From assembly GCA_964650285.1 (NCBI GenBank), contig CAZYSP010000003.1, positions 6,364 through 70,363 of the forward strand: a stretch of 64,000 nucleotides of DNA, read 5' to 3'. Below the pieces are notes generated by a model. It searched no databases and was not told where the DNA came from. It saw only the letters and a program-made list of their open reading frames with translations. Below, piece by piece: positions 58,884 to 64,000 of this stretch. Source of the DNA: an uncultured Methanosarcinales archaeon (lineage in GTDB: Archaea; Nanobdellota; Nanobdellia; Woesearchaeales; GW2011-AR4). The stretch's first letter is position 1. Every line of letters begins with the position of its first letter. The position numbers and the translations under genes are program-made.

Positions 58884-59047
58884 TGGGCCCGGAGGGATTT
58901 GAACCCCTGACCTAAAGCCAAGACATTTTATCTTTCCGGCTGGCTTAGCTCTCTAATGGCTAAAACATTTGTACCATTAGTGGTCATATAAGACCGGCGC
59001 TTTTGTCTAAGCTTGTAGCTTATCTAACCAGGCTGAGCTACGGGCCC
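58884..59047 (-). tRNA. tRNA-like locus (164 nt), canonical ends and T-arm, interior interrupted, probably by two introns; isotype unresolved
   Basis: GGGCCCG-TA-GCTC-AGCCTGGTTAGA... then ...AGGGG-TTCAAAT-CCCTC-CGGGCCC-A. TTAGA occurs twice, 73 nt apart, suggesting a D-arm intron. An AAGCC/GGCTT helix flanks a 22-nt segment in the anticodon region. Confidence 0.45.
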
Positions 59048-59097
59048 ATAGCTAGAATAGAAATTTGTTTCATATTTAAAAGTTTCTCATAAGAAAA

Positions 59098-59181
59098 TGC
59101 GGCAGCCGAGATTCGAACTCGGGTCCCAGCCTTTTTACAATGTTTGGCAAGGCCGGATCTTAACCACTGGACTACTGCCGC
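59098..59181 (-). tRNA. tRNA-Gly(GCC) with 12-nt canonical intron
   Basis: GCGGCAG-TA-GTCC-AGTGGTTA-AGAT-C-CGGCC-TTGCCA[12 nt]A-GGCTG-GGAC-CCGAG-TTCGAAT-CTCGG-CTGCCGC-A. Confidence 0.7.
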
Positions 59182-59212
59182 ATAAAAATTAGTTTATCTA
59201 AAATAAAAATGG

Positions 59213-59389
59213 TGGGCCCGACCAGACTTTCATCAGCTTTTCTGATTTTGCAAAGCAAAATCCTAGGTGAATGACCAAAGGGAAGTTCACCGCATTTTCC
59301 CAGGTTTTTTGCGTGAGCAAAAAAGCTGTTTTGAACTGGTGACCTACTCGGTGTAAACGAGTTATCATACCGGGCTAGACCACGGGCCC
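59213..59389 (-). tRNA. tRNA-Val(UAC) with a 103-nt intron at T-loop position 59/60; CCA encoded
   Basis: GGGCCCG-TG-GTCT-AGCCCGGTA-TGAT-A-ACTCG-TTTACAC-CGAGT-AGGTC-ACCAG-TTCAAA|103 nt|T-CTGGT-CGGGCCC-ACCA. Intron ends pair (CAGCTTTT/AAAAGCTG). Confidence 0.65.
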
Positions 59390-59476
59390 ATAATGTTACT
59401 AACAGAAAATTAAAGCATATAAAAATGTTTTGTTGCCATTAAATTTAAATACAACCATCACTTAAAGAATAACTAA

Positions 59477-60220
59477 ATGGATGGTCATGAACGAATATTC
59501 CAGATTCTGCATAATGAAGATGAAGTTACCTGGCAGGCTCTGCTTTATGAGCTTATTAAGAAAGAAGAGATAAATCCCTGGGATATCAATATAAGCCTGC
59601 TCACAAAAAAGTATATTGAGACTATTAAAAAACTAAAGGAACTTGATTTCCGCATTTCCGGGAAAGTTCTGCTGGCAGCCGCTATTTTACTAAAAATAAA
59701 ATCAAACAGATTAATTAACGAGGATTTATCTGAATTAGACAGGCTGCTCACACAATCAGAAGAGGAGCTTCTTGAAGAGCTTGATTTGGAAGAGCCAAGA
59801 GCTCATGATGAAGAAAAACATCCGCTTATACCAAGAACACCGCAGCCAAGAAAAAGAAAAGTCTCTGTTTTTGATCTTGTAAAGGCCCTGGAAAAGGCTC
59901 TTGAAGTAAAGCAAAGACGCGTGTTAAACTCGATTCCTCCAATGGATGTCAAGATACCCGAAAAAAAGAGAGATATAACACAAATAATAAAAGAAGTTTA
60001 TACTAGAATAAAATCTTTCGTTACCAGACAAAACAAGCTTACTTTCTCCCAACTTATACCATCCAGCACAAAAGAGGACAAAATTTACACCTTTATTCCG
60101 CTCCTCCACTTAACAAACCAAAGGAAAGTGAATCTGGACCAAAAAGAGCACTTTGGGGAAATAGAGATAATGCTTAACACCGAAAAAGAGATTGACAATG
60201 AGCTTAAGGCAGGAGGTTAA
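59477..60220 (+). CDS. scpA: segregation and condensation protein A (kleisin)
   Basis: N-terminal WQALLYELIKKEEINPWDINISLL...ELDFRISGKVLLAAAILLKIKS matches ScpA. Confidence 0.65.
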   Translation: MDGHERIFQILHNEDEVTWQALLYELIKKEEINPWDINISLLTKKYIETIKKLKELDFRISGKVLLAAAILLKIKSNRLINEDLSELDRLLTQSEEELLEELDLEEPRAHDEEKHPLIPRTPQPRKRKVSVFDLVKALEKALEVKQRRVLNSIPPMDVKIPEKKRDITQIIKEVYTRIKSFVTRQNKLTFSQLIPSSTKEDKIYTFIPLLHLTNQRKVNLDQKEHFGEIEIMLNTEKEIDNELKAGG

Positions 60221-60284
60221 TGAACAAAAATAACAATCTTTTTAAACAAAAACATAGTTCTTTTAGCCATAAGTTAGGGGTAAA

Positions 60285-61247
60285 ATGGAAGGGAAATTCA
60301 AATTAATAGCAGGAACCGCAAATAAGGGCCTTGCTTTGGAAGTAGCTAAAAAGCTAAATGTCAAGCTTACTCCAGTAGACATACGTAAGTTTAATGATGG
60401 GGAGCTTTATGTCAGAATCCTGGAAAGCGTTAGAGGTTGTAATGTATTTATCATACAGCCAACAAGCTATGATGCAAATTTGCATCTAATGGAGCTTCTG
60501 ATTATGGTAGATGCATTAAAAAGAGCGTCTCCGAAAAGGATAACTGCTGTTATTCCATACTTTGGTTATTCGAGACAGGACAGAAAAACAAAGCCTCGCG
60601 AACCAATCACATCAAAACTTGTTGCAAAACTGATAGAAGCAGCTGGTGTCGATAGAGTTATGACATTTGACTTGCATGTTGCCCAAGTGCAGGGATTCTT
60701 TGATATACCCTCTGACAATTTAGAGCTAACACCTATTTATGCAGAATATATAATGAGCAAAAAACTCAAGGACATAGTTTTTGTAGCCCCTGATGTAGGC
60801 AGCGCTCCAAGAGCACGTTCATTGGCAAGAGTGATTCATGCACCAATAGCCATTGTGGATAAAAGAAGACCAGAGCAGGGCGTTGCAAAAGTGGAGCATG
60901 TCATCGGAGACGTTAAAGATAAAACAGCCATCTTAGTGGATGACATAATAGACACAGCAGGCACTATTACAGAATCAGCATCCATGTTAAAAAAATATGG
61001 TGCAAAGGATATCTATGTCTTGGCAACACATCCTGTTCTCTCAGACCCTGCAGTAAAAAGGCTGCAAAAAGCACCTATAAAAGAAATTTTTGTTACAAAC
61101 ACCATAGAACTACCCAAGAAAAAGAAGATTAAAAAAATAAAAATAATTTCTGTAGCACCCTTGCTTTCAGAAACCATAAAAAGAGCTCATGAAGGTACTC
61201 CGATGGGCGTTGTTTATGAAAAGTTATATGAAAAACTAAAAAAGTGA
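60285..61247 (+). CDS. prs: ribose-phosphate pyrophosphokinase
   Basis: FSDGE(L)YV, PRPP-binding loop DDIIDTAGT. Confidence 0.9.
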   Translation: MEGKFKLIAGTANKGLALEVAKKLNVKLTPVDIRKFNDGELYVRILESVRGCNVFIIQPTSYDANLHLMELLIMVDALKRASPKRITAVIPYFGYSRQDRKTKPREPITSKLVAKLIEAAGVDRVMTFDLHVAQVQGFFDIPSDNLELTPIYAEYIMSKKLKDIVFVAPDVGSAPRARSLARVIHAPIAIVDKRRPEQGVAKVEHVIGDVKDKTAILVDDIIDTAGTITESASMLKKYGAKDIYVLATHPVLSDPAVKRLQKAPIKEIFVTNTIELPKKKKIKKIKIISVAPLLSETIKRAHEGTPMGVVYEKLYEKLKK

Positions 61248-61681
61248 TGTCAATGACAGAAAAAGAAGAAAACCTGCAGAAGCTTTACCTTGAATTTCAG
61301 ATGCTGGACCAGCAAATAAAGCAGCTTGAAAAGCAGAGTGCTGCCCTCAACAACCAGCTCATGGAGCTCATGGTAACAAACCAGAGCATGGATGATATGA
61401 AAAAAACAGATAAAAAAACAGAAATCCTGGTACCTTTAAGCCATGGAATATACACAAAAGCAGAGCTTAAAGACAACAAGAGTTTTATTGTGAATGTAGG
61501 CGCTAATACAGCGCTGGTTAAAGATGTGGATTCCACTAAAAAGATGATTGAAGACCAGATTACTGAAATCAAAAAACTGCAGGAAAATCTTGTAAACCAA
61601 TTGCAAAATCAAACTATGAAAGCAGCTTCTCTAGAACAGGAAATAAATAAAATTGCTTCTTCAATTCAGAATAATAAATAA
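61244..61681 (+). CDS. pfdA: prefoldin alpha subunit
   Basis: Coiled coil, central beta-hairpins (ILVPLSHGIYTKAEL...FIVNVGAN), coiled coil. Start overlaps the prs stop (TGATG). Confidence 0.6.
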   Translation: MMSMTEKEENLQKLYLEFQMLDQQIKQLEKQSAALNNQLMELMVTNQSMDDMKKTDKKTEILVPLSHGIYTKAELKDNKSFIVNVGANTALVKDVDSTKKMIEDQITEIKKLQENLVNQLQNQTMKAASLEQEINKIASSIQNNK

Positions 61682-61692
61682 GGTGTTTTACT

Positions 61693-63393
61693 ATGTTCAA
61701 CTTTTTAAAAGACAAGTTAAAAGGAGCTATCTCAAAGTTCTCCAAAAAGGTAGAGGAAGAAACCAAAGTAGAAGAACCCATAGAAAAAGAAACAAAAGAG
61801 GAAGTTATAGAACAAAAAGAAGAGTCAAGACCTGTAGAGGGACCAAAAGAGGAAATTAAAGAAGCAGAAGAATCTCGGAAAATAATATCTTCTTTACCAA
61901 TGACAAGAGCCGAAGCACTAGAGCTCGTCAAAAAATACAACAAAGATCCATCTGATTTAAACCACTACCTGGAAAGCGAAGCAATTATGAAAGCTCTCGC
62001 AAAAAAACTTGGAGAAGATGAAGAATATTGGGCTATGCTTGGATTACTTCATGATGTTGATTGGGGCATAACAAAAGATGATGCTAAAAAACACTTAACT
62101 AAAGCTCCTGAAATACTTGAACAAGCAGGATTTGATAATAGCTTCATCAACATTGTTCTCTCTCATGGCTATGGATTTAATTGCGCTGGACTAAAAGACA
62201 AACAAAGAACTCAAAAAATTGAGTATGCACTTGCATGCTCTGAAACAATCACAGGCCTTATTCATGCCTATGCTTTAATGAAGGGTTCAATAGACGATAT
62301 GGAACCAAAAGGCCTGAAAAAGAAATTTAAAGACAAAGGTTTTGCAGCCGCAGTCAATAGGGACATAATAAGAGAATGCGAAAAACTAGGCTTAGAACTA
62401 TCTGAATTTTTTAGCTTGGCAATTGATGCTGTAAAAAGCATTGCGTCAGAAGTTGGTTTAGCGAAAGAACAGCCCAGAGAAGAAGAGAAACCACTAGAAG
62501 AAATAAAGGAAGAAGAAAAAGGCTTTTTTGGAAAACTAAAGGAAAAAATAGTCACAACAAAGATTTCATATGACAAATTTGAAAATTTATTTTCTGACCT
62601 GGAACTGACACTAATGGAAAACAATGTTGCTATGGAAGTTATAGAAAAGATAAAATCAGATCTAGGGCAAAATTTGATAGAAAAACCAATAAAAAGAACA
62701 AAAATAGAGGAAACAATAAGGGAGTCATTAAAAAATTCAGTAAAAGATTTATTTGATATTGATAAAATAAATTTATTGGAAAAAATAAGAAAAGAAGAAA
62801 AGCCATTTGTTATTGCATTTTTTGGAGTTAATGGATCTGGAAAAACAACAACAATAGCAAAGATTGCAGATTTATTAAACAAAAACAAAATTTCTTGTGT
62901 ACTGGCAGCTTCTGACACCTTCCGTGCAGCTTCTATAGAGCAATTACAAATTCATGCAGACAGATTGAGAATTAAATTAATAAAGCATGGTTATGGCTCT
63001 GACCCGGCAGCAGTTGCTTTTGATGCAGTAAAGCACGCAAAAGCAAAAAACATTGATGTTGTTTTAATAGACACAGCAGGAAGATTGCACAGCAACGTTA
63101 ACCTTATGGACGAGCTCAAAAAAGTTGTTAAAGTAGCTAAACCTGATCTAAACATTTTTGTCGGAGAAAGTATTGCAGGTAACGATTGCGTTGAGCAGGC
63201 AAAAACCTTTAATGAAGCAGTTGGTATTGATGGTATAATTTTAGCTAAAGCTGATATCGACGAGAAAGGTGGTGCAGCTATTTCTGTAAGTTACGTTACA
63301 AAAAAACCCATAATATATCTTGGAATGGGCCAGGAATATTCTGATTTAAAAGAATTTGAGCCTAATTTAATTGTAGAAGGTTTGGGGATTTAA
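61693..63393 (+). CDS. ftsY: signal recognition particle receptor FtsY with N-terminal acidic region and an HD-domain-like insertion
   Basis: C-terminal NG domain (GVNGSGKTTT, DTAGR, LAKADID). Residues ~60-250 carry an H..HD..H..H..D pattern (LNHYL, LLHDVDW, LSHGYG, LIHAYA, SIDD). GGTG ribosome-binding site at 61682-61685. Confidence 0.85.
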   Translation: MFNFLKDKLKGAISKFSKKVEEETKVEEPIEKETKEEVIEQKEESRPVEGPKEEIKEAEESRKIISSLPMTRAEALELVKKYNKDPSDLNHYLESEAIMKALAKKLGEDEEYWAMLGLLHDVDWGITKDDAKKHLTKAPEILEQAGFDNSFINIVLSHGYGFNCAGLKDKQRTQKIEYALACSETITGLIHAYALMKGSIDDMEPKGLKKKFKDKGFAAAVNRDIIRECEKLGLELSEFFSLAIDAVKSIASEVGLAKEQPREEEKPLEEIKEEEKGFFGKLKEKIVTTKISYDKFENLFSDLELTLMENNVAMEVIEKIKSDLGQNLIEKPIKRTKIEETIRESLKNSVKDLFDIDKINLLEKIRKEEKPFVIAFFGVNGSGKTTTIAKIADLLNKNKISCVLAASDTFRAASIEQLQIHADRLRIKLIKHGYGSDPAAVAFDAVKHAKAKNIDVVLIDTAGRLHSNVNLMDELKKVVKVAKPDLNIFVGESIAGNDCVEQAKTFNEAVGIDGIILAKADIDEKGGAAISVSYVTKKPIIYLGMGQEYSDLKEFEPNLIVEGLGI

Positions 63394-63395
63394 GG

Positions 63396-63722
63396 TTAAT
63401 GCTTAATTACCATTTCTTCCTTGATTTTTCCATGAACTTTTTGCTTAGTTGTTTCCCAATAGAAATCCCTAAATTTTTTAACTACGGGGTTAGCTAAATT
63501 TAGCTTATACATTTTAGCTCTCCCAACTATTCTAGTTTTTACAACTATATTGCTTTCTTCCAAATTTCTCCAAAATAATTTTAATGTAGAGTAACCAACA
63601 CCAGAAAGATTGGCAATATCTGTCATGCTATAATCAAAATCTTCATTAACCACTAAAAAATCCAATACCCTTAATATAGGACTGTCTCCAAAGGTTTCCA
63701 AAAAAGCTGTTTTGTTTTCCAT
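63396..63722 (-). CDS. winged helix-turn-helix transcriptional regulator
   Basis: DIANLSGVGYSTLKLFWRNLEESNIV HTH plus wing. Confidence 0.5.
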   Translation of the reverse strand: MENKTAFLETFGDSPILRVLDFLVVNEDFDYSMTDIANLSGVGYSTLKLFWRNLEESNIVVKTRIVGRAKMYKLNLANPVVKKFRDFYWETTKQKVHGKIKEEMVIKH

Positions 63723-63807
63723 TTCAGTTATTAGATAGAGTAACTAATATATAAATCTTTCTATTTTTGGCTTATATTGGCTATAAATATTAATCAAAAT
63801 AAAAAAT

Positions 63808-64000
63808 GTTATGGGTAATAAATACAAAGCGTACCTAATGGCTAAAAAATTATCAAATCAAGATTACCAAAAAATAAAGAAAAATATAATTAGGAAATTG
63901 TATTCAAATCAAGCATTCAGCAAAGGACATCTTTTGTATGAAAGATTAACTTTAAGTATACCATCTCATTTAACTGGTTTTGTAAAAGACGTTCTTGACG
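63808..64000 (+). CDS. hypothetical protein, 3' end outside the window
   Basis: ATG at 63808, frame open to the window end. Confidence 0.25.

Overview
This is an AT-rich (roughly 30% GC) archaeal segment with a reduced, DPANN-like gene content, carrying about 60 protein genes and 7 tRNA loci. Archaeal markers include an S12-S7 ribosomal protein pair, an archaeal pilus ATPase with split membrane platform, prefoldin alpha, deoxyhypusine synthase, a tRNA 2-thiolation ATPase and intron-containing tRNAs. I see no rRNA, CRISPR array, transposase or integrase. Recognisable genes include: the 3' end of acetolactate synthase, RNase HII, SMC with ScpA 54 kb away, MetRS, a truncated AlaRS, MscS, CoaBC and PanB, TatD, a Kef-type antiporter, NAD(P)HX repair split into two genes, a tRNA-thiolation-plus-IscS-IscU sulfur cluster, PRPP synthetase and FtsY. 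Accessory-looking parts are: (i) a 7.5-13.8 kb DNA-repair-like neighbourhood, two of whose genes have clearly higher GC and a different amino-acid usage, one of them an endonuclease IV-family nuclease with large insertions; (ii) a 25.8-37 kb sugar and compatible-solute island (glucosyl-3-phosphoglycerate synthase-like GT, glycerate kinase, a GH13 sucrose-phosphorylase-family enzyme, GT3 glycogen-synthase-like protein, mannosyl-3-phosphoglycerate-phosphatase-like phosphatase, GalT-like, sugar nucleotidyltransferase, enolase-superfamily) with a radical-SAM gene broken by one in-frame TAA; (iii) two tandem HIT-like paralogues whose catalytic histidine is replaced; (iv) an FtsY carrying an N-terminal HD-hydrolase-like domain; (v) an overlapping pair of very small ORFs encoding an AbrB/MazE-fold protein and a 48-aa protein upstream of the antiporter, not called in the ORF track. 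Several tRNA genes carry introns at non-canonical position 59/60 in the T-loop, up to 103 nt long, and two loci appear to carry two introns each.
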